NCBI GenBank assembly: GCA_016748015.1
Contig: JAAOMT010000664.1
Span: 690,715 to 754,714, forward strand
DNA from: Geosiphon pyriformis uo1
Lineage: Eukaryota > Fungi > Glomeromycota
Direction: 5' to 3'
Length of the DNA stretch: 64,000 nt
In this document: piece after piece, positions 50,045 through 60,896 of the stretch
Numbering within the stretch: position 1 is the stretch's first letter
How the letters are laid out: each line of letters opens with the position of its first letter
The notes under the pieces: model-generated
What the model saw: only the letters and a program-made list of their open reading frames with translations
What the model was told of the DNA's origin: nothing
Database searches by the model: none
Program-made: the position numbers and the translations under genes

Positions 50045-51667
50045 TTCTGTACGATGAAAAATAATAATATGTTTATATGTTTTTTGAGAAATATTTACAC
50101 GGAAATTTTGTTGAAGTTTTTTTATTAAAATAGAAAGGAATGTGATTTAGTTGAATAAGTTTACAAAGTATCTTTCAATTGAACCAGCAATCAAAAGGGA
50201 TCGAAATTGAGAAAATTTCTAACTATATATATATATATTCTTTATAATTCATAAATTTTCTTCTCCGTTCTTAAGAACAAGAGCAAAGAACAATTAATAA
50301 TAATAATAGTTTCGAAAGAGAAAATATAATCTTTCTTCTGGAAAGGATAATAGAGTCCCTGGAAACGAGAGGTATAAAAAATTAAACTCATAATAGTTTC
50401 TGAAAAAATTATGCTTAATAAAGAATGGTCAACAAATACACACATACACACACGCACATACACACAGTTGAAAGATCGAATGATACACTCATCTAATTAA
50501 GTTGAGATGTTAATGGAACAGTCTCGTTTTATCAGAAGTAGTGAAACAGTAGAGTATGAGATTAATACTACCCCGAATTGGGGAATAAAAATTTCGAAAC
50601 ATTAAGAGGAACACAAATTTAACTATCAGGGCGGATAACTTGGCGATCAGGCTGATGTCGCGTTCCGAAATACTTTGGCAGTATGCTACTCAAAAGATAA
50701 ACCTTTTTTAATAATAAAAACTTATGAATTTTTTTACAAAAAATGTTATAATTAATTTTATTATAATTAAATAATATAATAATAACAACAATAATAATAA
50801 TAATAAAAATATTTAATTATTTTTAAGTAATGTTTTTTATTAAATTATTAAATTTATTGATTACTAATAAAAAAAACTGGTAAAACGCACATAATTTGAT
50901 TTAGCCACAATAATTTCAAGCAATAATATAATAAATAATATCAACATTATCATATTACTTAAAAAACTTTTTTAGGTCTAATTATAGTAATACCATTTTA
51001 TTAGTTAATTTTAATACAATATTTTGAGTTTCAAAATTTTTTGGTCTCAATTAAAACAAAATCATTAGAATTATAGATTACTGAAAAACTTTTAAATTAT
51101 AATTTGAACAACTTTTCCAGATTCCCGAACCATGACGTTTAAAGGCGCATAAAATGCACATGATAGGAAACCCTTTCACAAAAAAGGATTCTTGGCTCAA
51201 TATTGAGGACTCAGCCCTCAATTTCGGAATTTCTTGATCGCTTGGTTACTACCGACTGCAAATGTAGTCTCCTTCTTCGTCTTGTGATTCGAATAATGAC
51301 CCTTTCGATTATGAATCTTTGTTCTCATTTTCGCTGAGGAAAAGCTGCGTAAGTAGCAGCAATCAAAAAATTCTAATCTCTTAACTTTTAGAAAGGATTT
51401 TCCCGAAAAATTTCAATATATATTATTTTAAACGTCTGATCGAGATTAGGAGGAAAATTTAAGAATAATCTAGTCAAAAAGTTCCTTTGATTACGAGCAC
51501 AGAATCAAAAAGAATGATGAGGTTTTAGAAACAAGAACTCCTCACACCAAGAATCATAGCATGAGAAACACAAGATTTCTTTCCCCACAGTATACGAGAA
51601 TTTACCCCAAAGATTATCCAGAAATTTAGCGAGGGAATCTTTTCGACATGAATGTAGTGTACCACAA

Positions 51668-52301
<634 letters not shown>

Positions 52302-53110
52302 TTTTTAATATAAAATAAAAAATCAAAGAAGAAAAAATATTTTACAGTCGATGTTTGAGCATTTTCAATCTTTTTTCTTAGCCACTAAGAATTGAGGTCA
52401 TCTGATTTCAACATTCAAGGAACCCTGACTTTTTTTAAAGTCTGTACACTATATTTTCTATTATAATCCTCCAAAATCCTTTTTACTTGTTGTGGATGTT
52501 TGTCTAACCATACAAAAAATCAATCGATTGCTTACTCAAAACGTTAACCTTTTGTCCTGAAAAAGTCAATTCCGACAACTTTTCAACTGTTCATACCGCA
52601 CGATTCCTTACCTTACTTCCTCGTAAGTATCAATTTTGCTGAGTTTTTCCAAAACTCAGCTGTTATGATAAACTTCTAAATAAGTGATTAAGGACTTAGA
52701 TTCAAGTCACTTAACCTTAAATGGTTTTTATTCGCGTAATCAGCAAAGGGCGACGCGTCGTGTATAATTAAAATGAGGGGTTTTTATTTCTACCCATATA
52801 AAACTTTCGCTACCAATATTTGGTATGACGTTTCGAAAAAAAACCTTTATTAATATTAAAATTTATTTTCGAATTTCTTCCTTTAGCATTCAATTTTTTC
52901 TGGAAATACTACTTTTTTGGCTTAGATAGCAGGAAATTTGGCAAAATAAGAGGGTACTTAACCCTTTTTTTTTTTGAAGATTAAAATTAATTCTTTTCAA
53001 AAAAATTTCGAAATTTAAAACTATCATTTTTCAACAAATGCTTACCATGATTGTTCCAATGTTTCTCTTTGTTTGCGTCAATCTTACTATGATCTCAAGA
53101 ATTTAAAGAT

Positions 53111-54775
53111 ATGTTCTCAGACGATTCCTCTCTTGTAAGCACACCATCACCAAGCTCCTCATCGTCATCATCAACTTTAGCAACGACCCCGATCCTTGCA
53201 ACAGGCGAATACAAATCATCACCGAGATCTTTATCCTCAATTGATTATCCGCTTCCAACAAGGACAAAAGGAGTTTCTGTTAGCTGCCTCGTAAATGCTT
53301 CCATCACAATCGTTCCAAACAAAAATGATTGGGAACAACCACCCGAATATCTTTATGTCTTTGGAGGTTTTCATCAATATACCGATGAAGTTTATAACGA
53401 CTTATACAGATTAAATCTTAAAGAGATGAAATGGGAAGAGATTATTTACCTTAAAAATTCACCCCCCTCCAAACGCAATGATCATACAGCATCATTGTGG
53501 AAAAGAGAAAAGCTAATCATATTTGGTGGGACAGATTCAGAAGATAAATATTGTAATGATGTGGTGATTTTAGATTTGAAGACCATGACTTGGGAAAGGC
53601 CACAGTTGCGTGGGTATATTCCAAGTGGTCGAGCTAAACATTCAGCGACCATTTATAATGACAAATTGTATATCGTTGGTGGCTCAAAGGAAGACGGGGA
53701 AGTTTCAATGGAAATGAACTGTTTAGATTTGGGATCATGGACGTGGGAAGAACCAATCCCTTTCGTACAAAGACATTCACATTCGTCCTTCGTATTTCAG
53801 GATCGTCTTTTCGTCTACAGTGGATACACTCAAGAAATGGATCGTGAGAAATCGTTAGCCATCTTGGATTTAGAAACTAAATTAATATCAAAAATTGAAA
53901 TCATAAGTGATATTGCTCCTGAGATGAATGGCCAACATTTTGCTCAATTATGTGGTGATGAATTAATTGTTGTCGTCACTCAATCACCAAAATACGGTCA
54001 AGAAGTATCAACCGGTATATGGGCCCTTGATTTAAGATCCTTTCAATGGGATCAGCATAAAGGTGGAGAGAGACTTGTTCAAGGAAATTGGCATTATTTT
54101 GCTATGGCTGAACATTCCCCTAGATTTTTTTTATTCGGTATTGACGAGAAAGATTCAGACGAATACTTTTCAAATGTTTTAAGTGTGGACCTTCAGGAAT
54201 TTGGTCATCTCAAAATTCCACCTTCGTCAATGGGCTTGGATTTTCAACATTTATTTAATGATGTAACTACTTCCGATTTCACTATTCAATCACATGATGA
54301 AGATTCTTCACCAATTTACGCGCACAAGATCATTCTACTTGCTCGATGGCCTCATTTTGGGAATATGATCAGTTCCGGTATGACTGAATCATTTGGCAGT
54401 AATCTCACTGTTCCAGAATCTCATGCTACTGTAGAAGCTTTCATCTTTTATCTTTACACCGATACTGTCAACGAAAATTTACCAATTGATATAATTGGGG
54501 ATCTCATGATCCTTGGCAACATGTACTTCATTCCCAGGTTGACGGCGTTATGTTGTCTTCGCCTAAATCAAAGCATCGATATCGAAAATGTGGCGATTAT
54601 CTATCATTGTGCCTCTGTTGCTGGGGAACATGGCCTAAAAAAACGCGCATTAAAATTTATCAACACAAATTTTGGCCCCGTTTCCAAATCAAATGGGTTT
54701 AGGACATTACCAAAAGTAGTTTTGTTTGATTTCTTGGACAACTTACCAGAAAAAGCCAAAATCAGTGTGGATTAA
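53111..54775 (+). CDS. Kelch-repeat plus C-terminal BTB/POZ protein, intronless (Cul3-adaptor architecture)
   Basis: Repeated YVFGG/IIFGG/YIVGG..W kelch blades. SDFTI..IYAHKIILLARWPHF..FIFYLYTD BTB domain. Confidence 0.93.
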   Translation: MFSDDSSLVSTPSPSSSSSSSTLATTPILATGEYKSSPRSLSSIDYPLPTRTKGVSVSCLVNASITIVPNKNDWEQPPEYLYVFGGFHQYTDEVYNDLYRLNLKEMKWEEIIYLKNSPPSKRNDHTASLWKREKLIIFGGTDSEDKYCNDVVILDLKTMTWERPQLRGYIPSGRAKHSATIYNDKLYIVGGSKEDGEVSMEMNCLDLGSWTWEEPIPFVQRHSHSSFVFQDRLFVYSGYTQEMDREKSLAILDLETKLISKIEIISDIAPEMNGQHFAQLCGDELIVVVTQSPKYGQEVSTGIWALDLRSFQWDQHKGGERLVQGNWHYFAMAEHSPRFFLFGIDEKDSDEYFSNVLSVDLQEFGHLKIPPSSMGLDFQHLFNDVTTSDFTIQSHDEDSSPIYAHKIILLARWPHFGNMISSGMTESFGSNLTVPESHATVEAFIFYLYTDTVNENLPIDIIGDLMILGNMYFIPRLTALCCLRLNQSIDIENVAIIYHCASVAGEHGLKKRALKFINTNFGPVSKSNGFRTLPKVVLFDFLDNLPEKAKISVD

Positions 54776-55427
54776 AAATTGTTCTTTCGTTAGCAATAAC
54801 TTCTTGCTGATTTTTGGTAGAGTAAAATATATTTTCAACCATCCGATTAAAAATTTCGCTCTCTTGATATAGAACGAAAGCTTGCTTTAGAAAACAAAAT
54901 GTTTTCTCATCCCGGCATAAAAGGGTCATAAATTTAATCTTCTCACAAATCATGTTTTCCTCTAATAGGCATTTAATGTACGATCTCAATAAACTCACGT
55001 GCGATAGTTTGTGATAATAATTTTCTGGTGAGACGTTATGAGTAATGTATATTTTAATTTTTATGAAAAATTTTTTGACCATTTTAAATTGCTTGGATCT
55101 CAATTTCCAAGTGGTGGTTTGTTATTTTAAAAAAGTAGAGCCGTCGTCCTAAAGAACGAAATATGTATACAAAGCACAAATCCAAAATAAATGTCCCGAG
55201 GTTACATAAAATATTTTTTATGCAGCGACATTTTAGATGGCGTCCATCCAGTGGTTATTCAAGCTGTAACGTGGTTCCAAAGTTTGATATGTCTCTTCGT
55301 CCCTTGCTAATGAGCGAAGAAGAATACATTCCCTATATTTTTTAACCCACCTCGTCTTTCATTTTTCTTGAAATGAGTCTTCGCCTTTGATAAGTTTCAA
55401 AAATTCCAGATCAAGAAACAAAGCGTA

Positions 55428-58400
55428 ATGGATAGGAAAGATCCGATGATAAACCTTTACATTCTACCTCGAGACCAGGAGTTTACACACCCTACCTACA
55501 TTTTTAAAAGAAACAACGTTGAAAACTATAACTTTGACCAAAAGATGATGCTTATGAAAGAAACGAGATCGAGAACACTAGAAATACCCACTTACCACCC
55601 ACAACAAAATGAAGAGGATCAGAAAAAGGACTTGGATTTCGTCAGCGTCTTTCAATCTCAACAAAGTTTCGAATCTTCTGTCATTGAACAACAGTTCTTT
55701 TCACGACATTATCTTCACAATAATGGGATTCATTTTTTGGATGAACAAATATATCCCTTGCCCAATTCTATATATTCTCGTAGGCCCATGGAGGTCACAG
55801 AGACTGGTGTCAGCGAAACTTCAAAATTCTCGCAATATCCTTTCTCCTTTCGGTCTGACAATGCTTTATCATTAAATCAATATCGGAAATATTCCACATT
55901 ACATAGCCAAACCACAATTGAAACCTCAAATCATTCTATTGACTCTCAAGCTCGAGGAGATCAGGATATCAATTGGATATCCAAAAGCAAAAAATCAAAG
56001 CGATCCCAATCTCTCGCATCTTTTTCGCCACTCAATCGTACTCGAGGCATAACCTTTAGTTCACCTCCATCTTCACCTTCACCACCCTCTCCTTTTATCA
56101 AGGTTTCTAAAAATGAAAAACAAAAAACAAAAGAAAAACAGATTACCAGCAATCAAAATCGAAAGATTACACTAAAACAGACATTCAAGAACGACAATAT
56201 AACAATGGAACCAAACCAAATTCTCAATAATAGAAGTCAAAAAATGGAAAAAATGCAGTCGTTGAACAAAGAGATTAAAACATTAAAGAAACAAACATCC
56301 AACAATGAAAGTCCTGGAAAATTTAAAAAACTGGTTCTTAATGATGAAAATAAAAAAGAAACAAAACTGAAAACCATAAATGAAAGTCAAAAAACTAGAA
56401 AGAAACAGACACCTGACAATCAAAGTCAAGGTTCTGTATCACCTTTGTCTTCCACGGTACCTCTGAACCCAAAAGCCCAAAAGTTACCACCCATTCCAAA
56501 CCAGTTGGCTTTTGGTAATGTTGGTAAAAATCGAAAAATTCCGAAGTCGAAAATTGCCCTAATTGAACAATTAGGTTTCCAGCTCTCCTCAGAAACTAGG
56601 CGAAAGTCTTCCCCAATTCCCTCGAAAAATGTTCCTAATAAACTAACACGACCTTCTATTCTTCCTAAAGTTTCATCTTCACCTCGGAAAAAAAACGCGT
56701 CAGGCATCATTTATACCATGGAATATATCAAAAGAACATATGATACGAAAACTGTCAGCTCTAATAAAGAAAACGCAATTTGGGCTGTAAATCCCAAAAA
56801 CTTTCTCCTTGATACTGTGGAGTATGAACTCAAGTGGGAATTATTGGGACCTGCTAACCAAAGATTTCATCGCGCCACTGTTACAATACAATTAAATGAT
56901 ACAACTATAGCAGTCCAAGGTGACGGTTTAACTAAGAAAGAAGCCGAAAGACTTGCCGTCCTGCATATTTGTTATGAGCTTTATACTAAAGGATTGATAC
57001 CAGAATTAATAAAAAGAAAATCCGAACTAAAAGCGACTGAAAAAATTGAGACGGAAGCAAAAAAACACGTGTTTGAATATTGTGCAAGATTTGATCATGT
57101 TCCAGTTTTTAATACTTCAGAGATCAATAATAAATTTTGGGAAGCCACCGTAGAACTTCCTTCGCAAGAAATTATCGGTTTTGGTCGCGGGAAAGTAAGG
57201 AAAGATGCCGAATTATTAGCTGCTGCAGATTTCAAAAAGAAAGCTGAAGAGTATCAACTTCGACATGGAGGAGAGTCAATCTCTCAAACACAAAATAAAT
57301 ATCTTACGGAGGAAATATCAAGAGATTTTCTTCAATTCTATTCTAAGTACAAGAAATTGAAGAACCCTGAATTAAAAAGCAATTTAATTGATAAAAATTC
57401 GTGGGAAGGATCAATATCGATAGGAAATAAGGTTGTTGGCGTCAGCAGACAAGAGAGCAAAAATGATGCACATATGGCTGCTTATTTCGAAGCTGCGATT
57501 TCGTTGCGGAAAGAACATACTGAAGTCTGGTCAAAGTTTGAATCAAAAGGTGGACTTAAACCCACCGTTCATTTTACGATTGGCGATACAACTTCCCGAT
57601 TACTTCAAAGATTAGTGGACGAAACTAGGCGGGCACCTATGTTCCAAAAAAAGGCGGTTAATTTGACATCAAAAAATGAAAGAATCAAACCGGAAGCTAA
57701 GGATCAACCTCCAGAACCTGAACAATTGAAGGTTCTAGAAGCTGTATCTGAGAAGCTCTATGATAAACATCAAGAATATTTGAATTCGAAAGAAACCCTT
57801 AAGATGCGCTCTATCCGTGACCAACTTCCAATTACTCAATATAGTGGTCCGATTTTAGAGGCCATAGAAAATAATCTAGTGACAATAATCGTTGGTTCGA
57901 CTGGTTGTGGGAAAACTACTCAATTACCCCAGATTCTTTTTGAAGACGCAATACAGAAACGGAAAGGTGCTCAATGTAATATTATTGTTACTCAGCCTCG
58001 TAGAATTGCTGCAATATCGGTTGCTCAAAGAGTAGCCGTTGAACGATCAGAAAAATTGGGACAAACCGTTGGATATCAAGTTCGCTTCGAAAACCAAATG
58101 CCTTCGAAAACAGGGAGCATTTTGTTTTGCACTACGGGACTTTTTCTTCGTCGATTGCATGACGAAATTTCTGCGAAAGATCCGTTCGAAGGAATAACCC
58201 ATATTGTGGTAGATGAAGTTCACGAAAGGGATATTAATGCTGACTTTTTATTAGTCATTTTAAAACGCATTCTTGATGAGCGACGTCGCAATAATCGCTC
58301 CCCCATAAAATTGATTCTTATGAGTGCTACCATTGATTCTGGAGCGTTCGCCGAATACTTCGGAACTTTTTCTTCAAATGGGAGATGTCCAATTATTGAA

Positions 58401-60455
58401 GTGCCCGGAAAAATTTATCCTGTTCGACAATTTTATCTCGACGAGATCATTCCAAAATTGCGATTACTATATCCTAGCGACGCTAAGCGGTTAGATTCAA
58501 AAGATACCCAACGGTATCTTGATCATGAAAACAAATTTCTCCCAGATATGAAACCCTCACCGAATAATGATCTTTGCTTGCTCTCCAGTGAACAACCTAT
58601 AAAGACCATAGTTGCTAAAAACAGTGATGAAGTTAATAGTCAGATTGCTGAAATTGATGATAATGGCAAAGTTTCTCTTTCCTCATCTTCTGGTAGAATT
58701 ATTGACTGGGGTGGATCAAGATTTTTTGATAAAGAAAGGGCCGACGCCCAGGTTCCTTTTGATTTGATTGCCTTAGTTCTTGCTCATATTGTTAAAACTG
58801 GACGAGAAGGAGGCATTTTGATTTTCTTACCAGGATGGGAAGAAATCACAACACTTAACCGACTTCTTGCTGCCTCTCCGCTACCATTGGGTGTAAATTT
58901 TTCAGATCCATCACGCTTTCAAATTCATATGCTGCACTCTTCAGTTACATCAGCAGTACAACGACAAGCCTTTGAGCCTCTGCCTAAACCTGGGATGCGA
59001 AAGATTATTATTGCCACCAATATTGCCGAAACCTCAATTACGATTCCAGATATTGTCTATGTAATTGATTCTGGTAAACTGAAAGAAAAACGTTATGATC
59101 AGTCAAAGAGAATGACTAGTTTGATTACAACCTGGGTTAGTCAATCTAACGCTCGGCAAAGGGCTGGAAGAGCAGGACGTGTACGTGAAGGTGAATATTA
59201 TGCGATGATGTCTCGAACTCGCTACCAGAATTTAGAAGGTTTCTCCACACCAGAGCTTTTACGATCTGATCTGCAGGAGATTTGCCTCCAAATCAAAGCT
59301 CTTGATCTTCCCGCAACTATTAGCGATGTGCTTGCACAAGCCATTGAACCGCCAGAAGAAGCGACAGTTAAAGCTGCTTTGGACAATCTAAAGTCTCTAC
59401 AAGCCTTGGATGCCTCGGAAGAGATGACTCCCCTTGGCAAGGTTTTGTCCACTTTACCCATCGAGCCTGGTCTTGGGAAAATGGTGCTTTTAGGCGCGAT
59501 CTTCCAATGTCTCGATCCAATTCTTACCATTGCGGCATCAATGACTCTCAAATCACCCTTCATGGTACCCCCAGGTGCCAGACAGCGAGCAGACGCAATA
59601 AGAAATCAATGGTCACAAGGACTTTCCAGTGATCATTTTGCTGTTTTGAATGTATATGAAGCCTGGTATAAGCTTTATGTAACCGGAAATGATTTCCAGT
59701 TTTGTAGAAAAAATTTACTCAGTCGAACTGGCATGCAAATGATTGCCAAAACTAAAGGGCAGCTTTTGAACATCTTGGAACGTGGAAGAGTTATCCCTAG
59801 ATCTTTTAATAATACAAAGGAAATGAATTCCAATGATTTGGCACTTGGCCCATCTGAATACAATAGATATTCAAATTGTACTCCCTTACTTCGTGGTATG
59901 ATTTGTGCTGGTGTATATCCCAATATTTCTATTCTATCCTCTAAAAGGATGACTACTACTCAACATGAAAAGAGCGCCCTTTTCCACCCTTCATCGGTGA
60001 ATTTCGCATCAAAAAGCTCTTCAAGACAAAAAACAAAGGCTTCTAATAATGACCAGGGTTTTCTACCTGGTACACTTTTTGCATATACAAGTAAAACGAA
60101 GACAATTGATCAACAAGTTTTCATTCGTGACATCACCCGTATTGATCCGTTATCTGCGGTCTTGTTTGGTGGCGAGATAACATCACAGAAAGATAAACGT
60201 TTGGTTTTGACTGTCGACGAGTGGCTCAGATTTACTGGAAGTAACAATACACTTAATAATGTTACTACTTTGAAAAATTTACTTGATCATTGCTTAACCG
60301 AGGTCTACCAAGGATTTGGGAGATTCAGTAGGCCTTCTAACGTAGATGAAAAAGTGAAAAACCGACTAGTGGAAGGAATCGCCGAAGTTATACACGAATT
60401 AGATCAAGATATCAAGGAATTCCGAGGGAAATCCTTTATATTTTATAATGATTAA
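55428..60455 (+). CDS. DEAH/RHA helicase of the DHX30/DHX36 group with dsRBD-like N-terminal domains, intronless; start codon uncertain
   Basis: GSTGCGKTT, TQPRRIAA, DEVH, SAT, ATNIAETSITI, QRAGRAGR, HA2 and OB region. dsRBD-like helices GDGLTKKEAERLA, GRGKVRKDAELLAA, SKNDAHMAA. Confidence 0.93.
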   Translation: MDRKDPMINLYILPRDQEFTHPTYIFKRNNVENYNFDQKMMLMKETRSRTLEIPTYHPQQNEEDQKKDLDFVSVFQSQQSFESSVIEQQFFSRHYLHNNGIHFLDEQIYPLPNSIYSRRPMEVTETGVSETSKFSQYPFSFRSDNALSLNQYRKYSTLHSQTTIETSNHSIDSQARGDQDINWISKSKKSKRSQSLASFSPLNRTRGITFSSPPSSPSPPSPFIKVSKNEKQKTKEKQITSNQNRKITLKQTFKNDNITMEPNQILNNRSQKMEKMQSLNKEIKTLKKQTSNNESPGKFKKLVLNDENKKETKLKTINESQKTRKKQTPDNQSQGSVSPLSSTVPLNPKAQKLPPIPNQLAFGNVGKNRKIPKSKIALIEQLGFQLSSETRRKSSPIPSKNVPNKLTRPSILPKVSSSPRKKNASGIIYTMEYIKRTYDTKTVSSNKENAIWAVNPKNFLLDTVEYELKWELLGPANQRFHRATVTIQLNDTTIAVQGDGLTKKEAERLAVLHICYELYTKGLIPELIKRKSELKATEKIETEAKKHVFEYCARFDHVPVFNTSEINNKFWEATVELPSQEIIGFGRGKVRKDAELLAAADFKKKAEEYQLRHGGESISQTQNKYLTEEISRDFLQFYSKYKKLKNPELKSNLIDKNSWEGSISIGNKVVGVSRQESKNDAHMAAYFEAAISLRKEHTEVWSKFESKGGLKPTVHFTIGDTTSRLLQRLVDETRRAPMFQKKAVNLTSKNERIKPEAKDQPPEPEQLKVLEAVSEKLYDKHQEYLNSKETLKMRSIRDQLPITQYSGPILEAIENNLVTIIVGSTGCGKTTQLPQILFEDAIQKRKGAQCNIIVTQPRRIAAISVAQRVAVERSEKLGQTVGYQVRFENQMPSKTGSILFCTTGLFLRRLHDEISAKDPFEGITHIVVDEVHERDINADFLLVILKRILDERRRNNRSPIKLILMSATIDSGAFAEYFGTFSSNGRCPIIEVPGKIYPVRQFYLDEIIPKLRLLYPSDAKRLDSKDTQRYLDHENKFLPDMKPSPNNDLCLLSSEQPIKTIVAKNSDEVNSQIAEIDDNGKVSLSSSSGRIIDWGGSRFFDKERADAQVPFDLIALVLAHIVKTGREGGILIFLPGWEEITTLNRLLAASPLPLGVNFSDPSRFQIHMLHSSVTSAVQRQAFEPLPKPGMRKIIIATNIAETSITIPDIVYVIDSGKLKEKRYDQSKRMTSLITTWVSQSNARQRAGRAGRVREGEYYAMMSRTRYQNLEGFSTPELLRSDLQEICLQIKALDLPATISDVLAQAIEPPEEATVKAALDNLKSLQALDASEEMTPLGKVLSTLPIEPGLGKMVLLGAIFQCLDPILTIAASMTLKSPFMVPPGARQRADAIRNQWSQGLSSDHFAVLNVYEAWYKLYVTGNDFQFCRKNLLSRTGMQMIAKTKGQLLNILERGRVIPRSFNNTKEMNSNDLALGPSEYNRYSNCTPLLRGMICAGVYPNISILSSKRMTTTQHEKSALFHPSSVNFASKSSSRQKTKASNNDQGFLPGTLFAYTSKTKTIDQQVFIRDITRIDPLSAVLFGGEITSQKDKRLVLTVDEWLRFTGSNNTLNNVTTLKNLLDHCLTEVYQGFGRFSRPSNVDEKVKNRLVEGIAEVIHELDQDIKEFRGKSFIFYND

Positions 60456-60896
60456 ATTCTTTACACGGTCATGAAACTATCAATTTATTATAATGTTCCC
60501 TTTTTTTCGTCATGGGACTTCCACATAATAGAATCTAAAGTATTTACGTTTGTAGGGACAGCTTATATGAATAGATTTTAGATTTTTAACGATTTGGCTT
60601 TTACTCTACAAATCATTTTCTACTCGTGTTTAATTTAATTTAATTCAATTCAAAGGCAAATTTTAAATCCCTTTAAAGATCGAGATATTCAAACTTATGG
60701 CATATAATCTAAAGAAACTTGGAATCATGCCACGAAGTTGCCTTTTGTGTCACCGAATTCTCCTAACTCCCTATTATCACATCTCAATTTCTAACAAGCC
60801 AAGTCACATGCCCGTTAATGCCTTTCTGATTACCATTTTTAACAGTTATTAAAAATCTGAGTCGAGTAGCTATCCTGCTATTCGTGAATTTGGCAA

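Noticed and set aside
52751-52760. Palindrome CGACGCGTCG (MCB-like ACGCGT) between RPL42 and Kelch-BTB; also CACGTG near 26393
   Set aside because: Single short motifs without comparative support.
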